Assembly (NCBI GenBank): GCA_964106915.2
Contig: OZ066915.1
Source of the DNA: Podarcis gaigeae
Lineage: Eukaryota
DNA: 64,000 nt
Strand: one strand, 5' to 3'
In this document: positions 13,306-25,300 of the stretch, piece by piece
Numbering within the stretch: the first letter of the stretch is position 1
Layout of the letters: every line of letters starts with the position of its first letter
Translations under genes and position numbers: made by a program
The notes under the pieces: generated by a model
Seen by the model: only the letters and a program-made list of their open reading frames with translations
Database searches by the model: none
Told to the model about the DNA's origin: nothing

Positions 13306-16300
13306 CTGCAAGGAATGGGGAACAGAGAAACCTCGAGTCAGAACCACTTCCCTTTAATCTGAGCCTCTTATGTCAGGCTGCAAAGAAAAATGGGGAACGC
13401 AAAGGGTTGCTTCCTTTAGACAAAAGTGCTATGAACAAAAAGGTTGGGGAGATGTTTAAACGAGCAACACTTTGACACAGAGAGGGAACAGTAGAACTCA
13501 AGAAATGTTTGCATATATAAGTAAAACCTCTATCAAGCCTGTTTCCACATTCTTAAAAACTACAGTTTCAAACAGTTGTCATTTAGGAGGTTTTTAAAGA
13601 TCAAAGACATGCAGTATGACTTGCATGGGGTGCTGCTAGATAGACTTTGTCTATCATGATTTGTCCCTGCTGTGGCTGTTGCAGGAACCACTTATCCATT
13701 CTGTTTCGCTGCCTGGCAGTCACGCCGGCTGCAGCAACTTTCCAAATATGGTATTTGCAAGGGGTGGGGTACTTTCTTTAAAAGTCCATTTCTAAAGTGC
13801 ATAGCAGAATATTCAGGTGAATTTTATATTAAAACTTATCACAGAAACAAGCTGGCTTCTTTAAAAATTATTTACAGTAACTGGTACAGCAGCTCTGCAT
13901 TTAATGAATGGGATTTGGGGCTGTTCGTAGCTACCTGGCGTTAATATTTGTATGGTCGGAGATTTAATAATGAATTCAATAAATAAAAGAAAATGTTTTC
14001 AATCATATACTTTGTCTTCTAAAGCTCCATTAATAGAATCCTATAGCATGAGCTTTGAACCAGCAAAGGATGTTTTACCAGCTCTTAATATTTCTGGAGC
14101 AGAGTAGCTCATGATGCTAGATTAAGCAGTATTGACTTTCATCCAGCTGTGGTTCAGTGGTTGTGAAGTCCATATTTCATCCTTGCAGGATTTCAGTAGC
14201 ACCATGTGGAGTGACAGTTGATTTTGGGTTGTTGTTTTTTAATACAAATGATTTTGTATTGCATTTCATGTTCTATCTACCCTGGTTCTGCAAAAACCAC
14301 ATGTTACAGCCATAGCATAGGACAGCTCTTCATACACAAGGTCATTTCTTGTTACAAATGTCACATGGGGACCATATGACCCCAACCAAAGGAGCCCCTT
14401 CTGGAGCAGTTCATGAAACCACTGTGGGAATAGACCAGGGCTGAGGAACCTGCGGCCCTCCTGATGTTGGACTCATGACCATTTCCATCATTCCCACCCA
14501 TTGGCCATGCCTGCTGGGGCTGATGAGAATTGGCATCCACCAAAGATTCCCCACCTTTGAGATAGACAAACAATGGCTCTGTGTGAGCACTGGGGCAGCA
14601 CCTTGCTCCCCTTCCCCTAGAACAGGCTGCCATGCAATGGTTTTCCTGTTCAGGTAACGTGGGGCATCTACTCTTGGGAGCCAGCATGGTGTAGTGGTTA
14701 AGAGCAGTGGACTCATAATCTGGTGAACTGGGTTCGCTTCCCCGCACCTCCACATGCAGCCACTGGGTGACCTGGGGCTAGTCACACTTATCTGAAGTAT
14801 CTCAGCCTCACTCACCTCACGGAAGGGAAGTGAAAGGTGGGATATCAAGTCCAAACTCCTCCTCTTACTTATCATGTCATGGAGTTCTGGGTGCAACAGG
14901 TTTGTAAAGTAGCTTTGGTTTCTCCAGGCTTCACAGAATTGTAGAGTTAGAAGGGACCATGAGCATCATTTAGTCCAACCCCCTGCAGTGCTGGAATATT
15001 TTGCCCTATGTGGGGCTCAAATGCACAACCCTGAGTTTAATAGTCCCATGCTCTACCAACTGAGCCATCCCTCAGGGAGGAAGATATAACAGATATTTCC
15101 TACAGACAGCAACAGCTGTCACCTCATTTGTTGCTCTCAGGGTTTCTATCTGCTTGCATTAAAGTCTAACACAACCCCAACAGCAGCTTTAGGAAATCTG
15201 GACGCTCCTCTGTCACAGGAAGAAAGAGGAAGTTCGGCACACACTGCGCAAGTTACGACATGCCTCATTCAGGCAAAGCAAGACTCAACTTGTAAGGTCT
15301 GGCTCATAAGTTTTGGGCAGGGTGAAATGTGTGTATTCAAACAACAAGAGTGCAGGAGGCACAAAGCGAAAGGGTCCCTTACCTAGGGATGACTCAGAAG
15401 CGGAAGAAGACCTGTTCACGCTGAAAGCCATGTCTGAGTCACTGTCATATTGGGAGCCTCCAGGGGATCCTGAGGGAGAGACTGTCACAGGGCTGGACTG
15501 CACAGTGCCTGAAAATACAAAATAACAGGTTCCGTCAGCTTGAGGGGTGGGGCAGGAATCTCTCAAGCATGCAGTGCGGAACTGAGTCTACCCTGGGACA
15601 ACACCATCCATTTCATCTTCACAATAGACTTACTGTGTAATTGGGAACTTGGTATTTTGTAATACTTATTAGCAGGTTGATTTGTTTAAAGAAAATGAGC
15701 TTCCTCTGGTTCCAAGCTTGCCTTAACTACCTTGTTAAAGCTCACTCTATTCCCACCCAATTCAGATAGGGGCAAAAATCTGACTGGCAAGATCCAACCA
15801 GGAGATTGAAGACCAGTGGTGGAGAATGTCTAGAACATGGGCCCATGAGGCTGTTTTGACTAAGCCACACCCACCTGCCCCTCCACCTGGCATCATACAT
15901 GTGGGGTATGTGGTTTGGCTCAAAGCAGGGTTTGCAGGCATTACCAGTCTGAAGAAAAGGAAAAGAGGGTCCTGTGAATTCCACTTACAAAGGACCTTGC
16001 AAGCAGGAAATTAGGATCCCAAGAAAGATGTCAAGTTATTAAAATACAGCCTACCCCCACCTAGCCAAAAGGGTGCAGCCAACTGAGAGTGATGCCTATG
16101 AAGTCAGGATAGCTAAATGGAACTTCCCTGCTCGGAAGTGGTACATGTATCCAGACCAGAAGCTGAGAACAAAGTGAGAGTGGAATGTAGCCATAATCCT
16201 CATGCCCTGCTTGGCTGCTTTTTGGCAAGAGAATGCTGGAGCAGAGGAATCTTGGGCTGACTGTACAAGGCAATTCTGATGTTCTGAATTATGGAACTAC

Positions 16301-19300
16301 AATCAGCCCTGTTTCAAAGCAATGCTAGTTTTCAGCCAGGAATATAAAACTCAAGTAGTGATCAGACCTCTATATTGGCAAAACGGCCCATAAACTGGTA
16401 TGTGACCAAAAAGGGGCCTGGTGGTGGTACAAGAAGGCAGTCTGCATCTTTGCAACTGTGCTAGGGCCACTGAAGCTGCTTACAGCACATTGATCAATAC
16501 ACCAGGGCCTACCTGAGTGTTCTAGTCAGATGTGATCGAGATCCCTCTCTGCTCCATCGCATGGATCACATAGGCTTGTAGAAACAGTATACAGTGGTAC
16601 ATCTAGTTACGAACTTAATTCGTTCCGCAGGTCCGTTCTTAACCTGAAACTGTTCTTAACTAGAGGCGTGCTTTCGCTAAAGGGGCCTCTTGCTGCCGCT
16701 GGCACACAATTTCCATTCTCATCCTGGGGCAAAGTTCTCAACTCAAGGTAACTCTTGCAGGTTAGCGGAGTTTGTAACCTGAAGCGTTTGTAACCTGAGG
16801 TGTTTGTAACTCGAGGTACCACTGTAGAATAGTATGCACATTTACTAGCTTTATGAAAAAGTACATGCAAGTTGCCAGACAAGCGGCAGAGACATCTGGT
16901 TTTGACCATCTCCCCAAATATAAGATCATGCTTCAGCAATGCCAATGCAAGGCACAGCTGGTGACAACAAGGGTTTAGTTGGCCTATAAAATGCCACAGA
17001 GAGAGGCAACAGCCCACTGAAGCCAGGGAGAATGTAATGCCGCTCCAAAGCTGTAAAGAAATCTCAGCGTTACACTACACTACACCCATATTTTTGAGCT
17101 GCACTTACCTAATATTTTGAGTTGATTGATTACACCATGGATCGTGAAAAATACCCACAGTGACTGCGAGGTATCAACACACATCAGCATCCCACGGTTG
17201 ATCCCGTTTATTCCATGGTGCACTTCTCCATTTGGCAAGACCACAAAGCTGAGGATGTCCCCATTGTTGAGGACTGGGAAACCTCGGCAAACCACCCAGT
17301 ATTCCTTGCGATCCAGAAGGAAGTCTGGATCCGCTGGGAGCTCATTTGTTCGTAAAGTACCAGGATCACAAGAAGTGATGCCAAACGTGAGGGCTCCATA
17401 GTACGGCAGCCCCAGGTGTCCAACTTCCACAAAAAGGCTTTCGCCAATGTGCAAAGGCCGGTCGGAAAACACCAAAGTCCTATTGCTCTCTTGCCAGTTG
17501 GTGCAGGCAGACATCCGGTCCTGAGAAAAGTTAATGTCGGGCCCACGAGTAGGGTGGAAACGCAGATCTGTATCGAGAAAGGCAGGCACCACTTGGGCAA
17601 GCTGCCGCCTGCTTGGACAGCAAGGGATGGTGTGATTATCTGTCGGCAGCGCAGGCATACGGCTCAAGTTCAGATTAGCAATTTTGGCCACCACCTGGTT
17701 GTTCTCCAGTTCGTTGTTGTTGAAGTTGGCTGAGTCGTGGCTGCTCTGTGGAAGGCAAGTGCTGAGTCGTGCGTTGCTGAGACGGGTGGAGGTCATCGTC
17801 TCGGCAAACATGCTGTCTGTGAGGCAATGACAAGGAAAAGCTGTATTAGAGGCAAGCTGAAAATGGCAGCCTACCCTGGCTTGATCGTTGCTTTTTGGGC
17901 ACTCCATCATACTTAAAACATCAAATATGATACTTTTCCTAATCCAATTGTGTTTCCAATTAAAGTGGGCAAAAGGAACATAAAGAAAAATATCTGGAAA
18001 CACAGAATTTTCAAGGCAGTTAGGAATTCTTCCGTCAAACAAAGCTCCACCAGTATTTGCTATTCTACGGGAGCACTGTCCAATGGAACACCATACTACA
18101 AGCGGGTTGCCCGATGCAGGGGCCTCTATTCCTTTCAGACTTGTATTTGGTGCTCACAAAAAGAGACCTGTTTCTGTTCACTGCCTCACTCAATTGCAGA
18201 AAAGCAGATTCTGCAAACTACACTACCTGCTGGAGAGAATAAATATTCCTTCCTTGTCTCATCTCTCTCATGCCTCCGCACCCCCACCCCGTCCTTGCCA
18301 ATTTAATTCATGTAAGAGAGACTGGAAAGAGAATGCATTTAATCACTTTAGACCATTAATAATAAATTGTGTGTAATGTACTTGCATGCTAAAATAGCAG
18401 TAGTGACCTTTAAAAAAATGTTTCAAAGCACACTACAGACTATTTGTTACTGACAGGCTACATGAACAAGCGACAAACTCTCTCCCAGCACAACATCCCA
18501 TCTGATAGCGCCCAATGTAAACAAAAAAACAAAAAACCCACAAACATTTCTAGCCCCAAAGCATAAAACTAGAAACACATCACTCCATATGAACCATTCC
18601 CCTGTATAGTTATTGATAGTTGATAATGAGAAAAAGAATGCGTATAAGGAAAGCAAAGGGCAAGATACTTCGGCAAATTTTGATTTAGGACATTCAGATT
18701 TCTAAAAGGAAGAATCATCCTAAGATTATTTCCCCAAAGTCTTAGATCTATAATCTGGGGGCCACTACCTAGACGGTAATTCATGCTGAAATCATGGCAT
18801 GACTTGTGGATGGCAGCTTAAGGCTGCAGTACTGTGCGTGCTTACTTAGGAATAAAACACACTGAATTAAGTGGGATTTACTTCTGGGAAAACGTACACA
18901 GGTTTACACTGTTAAACTTGATTTTAAGTTACACATAACTCTGCTGCATTTGCATGCATTTTAGCCGCCTTAAAAGTGGAAATGTATTGAAAATTTATCT
19001 GAAGGGCTTAAAGTTGACTATCAATGCATATATGGAAAAATCAAACGTATAAAACAGCTTTCAATTTTGATTAGCCACATAGCTTTTCTTGACAGAAGGA
19101 ATCTGGGAGGGGGTGTTAAAGTAAAGCCTGTCTTCTTCCTCAGGATCCCAAGTAGCCAGTTCAATATTTCAAAGGAGTGGCTTTCTCTAAGTGCTTAAGT
19201 CATAAAAGCTTCACATCTACAATGTTAAGAGTTGATATAATGAATTTGTACATAGTGCATCCTGCTTTGTGAAGCATCTACAGTTCTATATTTGGAACAC

Positions 19301-22300
19301 CCTCTGTTCCCGTCTTCCAGCCACTCCCCAATTACTGACGCTACAAAAGTGATCCAACTTGGCCCTCACTTTCTCTTACATTTCTACCTGTAAAATGGTA
19401 ATAATAGTGATCTATTTCATATGGATGCTCTGAAGGGAAAGAGGCGGCCAAGCACTTTTGAAAGCTCTGATCAAAATTCAGCAAGAGTTAAGTGCTGTTA
19501 TGCTCATTTATTTTAATGGGGTTTTGGCACGCAGTCCAAATTAATTGACTGTGGCCAACAAGTGCTATAGCACATTGTAAACTATAGTTCTACAGACTAC
19601 AGGGGGGGAGAGAAATGGCCTGGTTTCTACCTGCTGCCTCCACGGACAAGCTAGCCATTGTATAATTCACTTCATAGGAGCTGTGCCCCTTCAACTCTAC
19701 CCAGGGTCATAATGCAGGATCTAACACACCACATAGCTTTCTGACAAGGCTTAGTAGGGCACAGTGAAAATGTAAAGACAATTTTCAGAATCACGCTAGG
19801 TCTTGGTATGGCATAAATACCCACAAGGCACAGAATAAATTTCAATAGCCTTTGGGCAAGGCACTTAACTATTCCTAGGTGATTGTTTAATTTTAAGCTG
19901 AAAAAGTGTCCCTTGTTTGTGTTGCAGAAGGACATGGAAAGGGGGCTTAAGAATTTGGGGAGGTGGGGAGAGGTTGTAGTCGTGGTTTTCAAAATTTTAA
20001 GCACCCCAATTTAAACCGTGCCTACTTAAGAATGATTTGAACTATTTTCCATTAATGCATTCATTATGTCATTATTGCTGAAGCTACGTTATCTTTAACA
20101 ATCATGTCCACAATTAAGATGACAGGAATGCCAAATCTGTCCTTTGAAGTCAACTGTAGAGCTGGAGATATGTGCAGTAAACCAATACCAGAAAGGGGGG
20201 AGGGGGTTGTGACAGCTTTATTCAGATAACCCCGGAGTACACCAGACACATGTATTAGTGCTCATGTTCTGAGAACACTGGAAGCAGCAGATTACATCAC
20301 AGGCAGCATCCAAGATCCCTAGTGCTTTGTAAACACATACTATCAGGCTTGTCTATAAGGACAAAAATAAGTCCACAATCATGGCTCACTGAGCTGTACT
20401 TCTAGGTACGCCAACTGAAGCCAAGCTATCACCTGAACTCTACAGGACAAGGTGATAAATCAAGAGCGAGGAATCTCTTGCCTGGACAGAATAGATTCAA
20501 GAAGAGGAAAAACCCAATGCTTTGGAAAAGCTTCCAAACTCTTGGAAAGAGAATTACGACATTGCTGCCCTCGCTGGAGTCCTCTGATAAGCAGAGAAGC
20601 TGGCGTTTCTCTTGTGTCAAGGTGCTGTGCTTTCTAAAAAACCCTGATAGGGCAGGAATGCCACATGAGAGGCTCTAAGTGGCCGTCACAGGAGATAATG
20701 GTTATAAAGCCTGAGCTGGAGAGGGAGGATGAATCATGGCACTGCATGGTACACACAGCTGGCAATTTGTGGAGCCAATGCAAGGGGAAGAGGCCTCATG
20801 CCATTGGATTGGTCTCCTTGGTTGTGGGGCTCACAGATCCAAAAGTTAAAAGCTTTCTCACACCAAGGGCACCAGTGCAACAAACACACCTACAGTTTTA
20901 TCAAGCGAGCTTATGTAATAGGAACAGGCTACCAATATAAATACTATGGGCAGTTTCTGGCGTTGGTTTTAAATTTCTGAAGTGTTGGCGTATTAATTTA
21001 GGCAACTGTAATTGGAGAAAAAATATCTGTTGCCAGCTTATCTGCCCCATGGTGCAATCCAATTTAACCACGATGGAGCAGAACGTCCGCCTGAAGATTT
21101 CATATTTTCACCATTGCTTATTTCATTTATTTATTACATTTACATTCCACCTTTCCTCCAAGAGCTCATAGTGGCACACCTGGTTCTGTCCTCCTCAGTT
21201 ATTACCCTCACAGCAAGCCTGTGAGGTAGGCTTGGCAGAGACACCGTGAGCTTCATACCTAGGTAGGGATTTGAACCCGAGTCCCAGGAACAGTGACTGG
21301 ATGAAAATGAAAGCTTAGTATCCGGGCTTTACACTTTACAACATAAGCACTGCTACCAACCTCACACAGCTTGTTCTGAGAGATGGGAGACATGACAAAA
21401 GGGTCTATACAGAAGGAGAATTTTTTTTTTAACAGACCATATACACCTACCTAGTATTTGCACTTCATGTGTGATTCCATAGACATCTATCAGTGCCCAG
21501 AGAGGCCCAGAGACTTTGACGCCACAGTGAAACAGAATCGGCTCTTCATCATTAACGCTATAGAAAACTCTCCCATGGCGGTCGACCCAGAACGCCAAGA
21601 TGTTGTCTCTTAGTGCAAACCTCTCTGGCAGGGCTTTGGCCCAGAAGCCTGGCCGTGTCACCAGGTCTGGGCAGGCGTATTTTGGTATGTCGTCTGCGCT
21701 CATCTGTGATGGATCGTGAGTGGTGAAGCCAAAGCGCAGGGCCCCGCTCCACCCGTGGTGCACAGACACCAGCTTGAGACGCACTTTCTCGTAGAGGTGG
21801 ATGGGCCGGTTGGTGAAAGTGACGCCGTTGCAGAAACTGTTCCTCCGAGTGGCTTTGCGGGAATGGGCATCCAGGCGTATGTTTTTTCCTTTGGCCTGGA
21901 AATGGAATCGCGGAGGTTCAGTAATGGTGAGGACAGACCGCCTCTCATGGCTACTGTTAGGCAGAGTGTAATAAGGCCTGTGGGATACAGAGCGAGCCTG
22001 TTGACTGGTGTCTGCAAATAATAATAATAAAAAAACAGGAAGAAGAGGCATTGTTAGGAATTTGCTAATTTAGGTTGCAATGCTAAGAAAACTGCTCCCC
22101 TCCCCCCCCGCCCCCAGCTACTGATATGTGCAGATTCTAGGCTAGATTTTAACAGACTAATCAGATACGAACACGCTCCTTATTTGGACAAAGTTCCTCT
22201 GCTCCCTGTTCTTGTAATCCTAGTAAGAATGACATTTTCCCAGTGGATAAAAATTCTGTCTCTCAGCCAGTGTTCAGCTGGAACCAGTTTTTAAATGAAT

Positions 22301-25300
22301 ACATTGCTAGATACAACTGACACCTCAACAGATACACAAACAAAAAAAAACCTTAGCTGTCAGGGGTTCAGGAGCAGAGACACAGGAGATGGAGCAAATG
22401 GAGAGTGAGGAGGAGGAATCCGAGGGGGGTGTAGGCAGTGACAGTGGTCAGAGAGATTCCACGAGTCTCTCCAGCGAATCGGAAGATTCACAGAAAGGAG
22501 CGCCGATGGCCAGGGCAAGGGGGGTGCCAAGGGGGAAACCCCAGAAGGAAGGGGCCAGCGGGGACTCCCTGAGCAGCAGTTGGAAATCAGGACCAGCTTC
22601 CCCACCAGAGCGCAGTGGGGGGGAGGAGTCCCAGGCATCGGGACCAGTGTTCTCACCACCAGAGAGAGGAGATGAGTCAGGATTGACCACGCCTCCATCG
22701 GAGAGCGGGGAAACGGTCAAGAGGAAAGTTACCGGCTGGGCGCGCGCGCCAAGTTCAAATGTACAGGCGAGCGGCACAGCAGGTAGCCCGGATAGGGAGC
22801 CAGGTCCTAAAGCCCGCCGGAAGGAAGGGCAAGACTCAGGGGGGTCAGCGTCAGAAGAGTCCAGGAAGGAGGAAACCCCAGGGGGCAGAAGGACCCAGAG
22901 AAGGAAGGAACAGCGCAGGAGGTGGAGCCGGGCTAGGATCTTAAACTGGTGCGGAAGGGATAGTGACTCAGAGGGGACTTCGCCGATCTAGAGTCAAGAC
23001 GTAGGGCTGCACGCTCTGGGGTTTGAAATGGAAACTAAACTTCAATAAAGACTTTTGTACATTACATCAACCGGGCGTTGGTCCTCTGTGAGCTGGGACC
23101 TAGAGGCAGCTCTGACATTAGCGCACTAGGTTGAGGTGGGGAGATCCAAACTGCAGTAGTCACACTGCTACTGTTTGAGGCCAAAAGAGGAACTGACTAG
23201 ACAATTTCATGGCTGACATAAACAGATTTGCTCAACAACTGCTTCTACAATCTAAAACATGGGTAGGCAAACTAAGGTCCAGGAGCCAGAACTGGCCCAA
23301 TCGCCTTCAAAATCCGGCCCATGGACGGTCTGGGAATCAGCCTGTTTTTACATGATAGATTGTGTCCTTTTATTTAAAATGCATCTCTGAGTTATTTGTG
23401 GGGCGTAGGAATTCATTCATTATTATTTTTTTCAAAATATAGTCCAGCCCCCCACAAGGTCTGTGAGACAGTGGGCTGGCCCCCTCCTGAAAAAGTTTGC
23501 TGACCCCTGATCTAAAACTTGGGGCAATTGTTAAGTAGGCACCCCAGAAGACAGAGATAAGTTAAGTAGGCAGCCAGTCTGGAGCCCTGTACCCCAGGCA
23601 GCCTATGTGTGCTACTGAGAGCAGAGAGGAAGACTGACATAAAGAGAAGCTGCCAATATGTGGTAATGTTACTTGCTGCCACCCTTCTGCCTCTTTTTGG
23701 TCCCCAATGCATGTCCTGTTGGAAGTGACTTGAAGCAACAGTGCCCTCCTCTACCAATGAGCTCTGAAGCAGACAGGTAGATTGTATGTTTGGAACAATG
23801 ACCGCATATCAACAAAAGGAGGTGGCAGATTTATCTTAGTGGCACTGAACACCTCCAAGATGACCTGCCCATCATTTAAAAAGAGAAAGTGAGTCACCAA
23901 GTTAGTAACTAATCTGCAAGCAACTGTTGGACCACCCCAGGCAACCAAGCATTTAACCATCCCTAAAAGGCCCCTGGTTCTGAGCTCTAAGTGCTATCTT
24001 TGGCCTACTTAGTATCCACAACATGCTTTGTAGCTCTAAGAACTAGTTTTCAATTGTATGTTGCTGCAAATGTTAGCTGCTGATGGCTTTAATTCTGGAA
24101 ATCCATTTGGGGCATCATAATTGTGTTTTAGCATAAACAGCATGCATTTTCCCTTATCCAATCTTTATTACACTGAACTACAAGATAAAATAGGGCCATC
24201 AGAAACCCCCAAAGCTAAATGAAGCAGCCCTAGGGCGGAGGTGGGGGAAATTGGCTCCTAATGAAACTGTTTTTGTAAGTCTGTCCTATGACTTCCCCTT
24301 ATGGCAGGAACAGTGTCATGGCAAATATTCAGTAATCATTTCCCTTATTTTTAATGAACCACACACACACAAAATAGCTCAGTGAGACAAGATTAAAGCT
24401 CCCACCCTAATAAACCCCAAACACAAAAGTCAAAACAGTTTTATTGTAATTACAAGTAGCCACATGCCGAAATATTAACATAGCTGGAAAACAAAACTGC
24501 ACTAAGGTCCTGCTTGGCACTTTACACGGGAGGAATAGGGATTTGTTTAAATATATTTTAAAATACCTTCACAGCAGGAGCTTCAATATTTTTGAATTGA
24601 TACTGTGCAAGTGACAATTGTTTCAAATAATGGCAACACCTCTCCTTAAAAACAAACAACACATTCCTAACATTTGTGACTTACTTCTTTTACTTAACAG
24701 TAATTAAAATGCATACCAAAAAGTATTAGCTGACCTCAGCAGCCACACACTAAACAGCCCAGAAGAACTCTACTTCAGAATTGATTCCTGCCAATTCTCT
24801 CCCATTATTTCCCTCCCAACACCCAGACAGGCTCTTTCGATTGCATAAAGGTGAATTCAGAAAAAACCCAGTCAGGTGTTGCACTTCTAAGCCACGTTCA
24901 CACCATACATTTAAAGCATGATACCGCTTTAAACAGTCATGGCTTCTTCCAAATAATCCTGGGAATTCACAGAGCTGCCATTTTCCAGAGTGGTTAAACA
25001 ATCAATCCCTCTTCACATGAACTCTAGGAAATGTAGCTCTCTGTGGGGAAGAGGGGCCTCCTAACAAACTACAGCTCCCAGAATTCTTGGGAAGTGCATC
25101 ATAGTGCTTTAAATGTGTGGTATGAATGCAGCCTAATAGTTGCAGATTCTGAAAGCATTTCACAGGGTCTCTCAGTCTCTACAGACCTTTCTATGGAAGC
25201 AGCTCAAGAATGCAATCCAACCCATTCCAGCCTGCAAATACATCCCACTGTGTTAAGTGGTGTTTATGTACAAGTAAACTTGCACAGGACAGGGCAGCAA

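Noticed and set aside
14933-15071. Functional tRNA genes at tRNA-like sequences (also ~14676 and ~41725)
   Set aside because: Degenerate stems and direct fusion to SINE bodies or LINE tails identify them as SINE heads.
17817-18042. N-terminal part of the 320-aa ORF (and the similar extensions of the 229-aa and 93-aa ORFs)
   Set aside because: Intronic read-through beyond the identified splice sites; not part of NEURL1B.
6500-23117. The two 760-bp repeats as the paired ends of one large (16.6 kb) element carrying NEURL1B exons
   Set aside because: Each copy has its own distinct TSD, they are inverted rather than direct, they are ~14% diverged, and no gag, pol or transposase lies between them.
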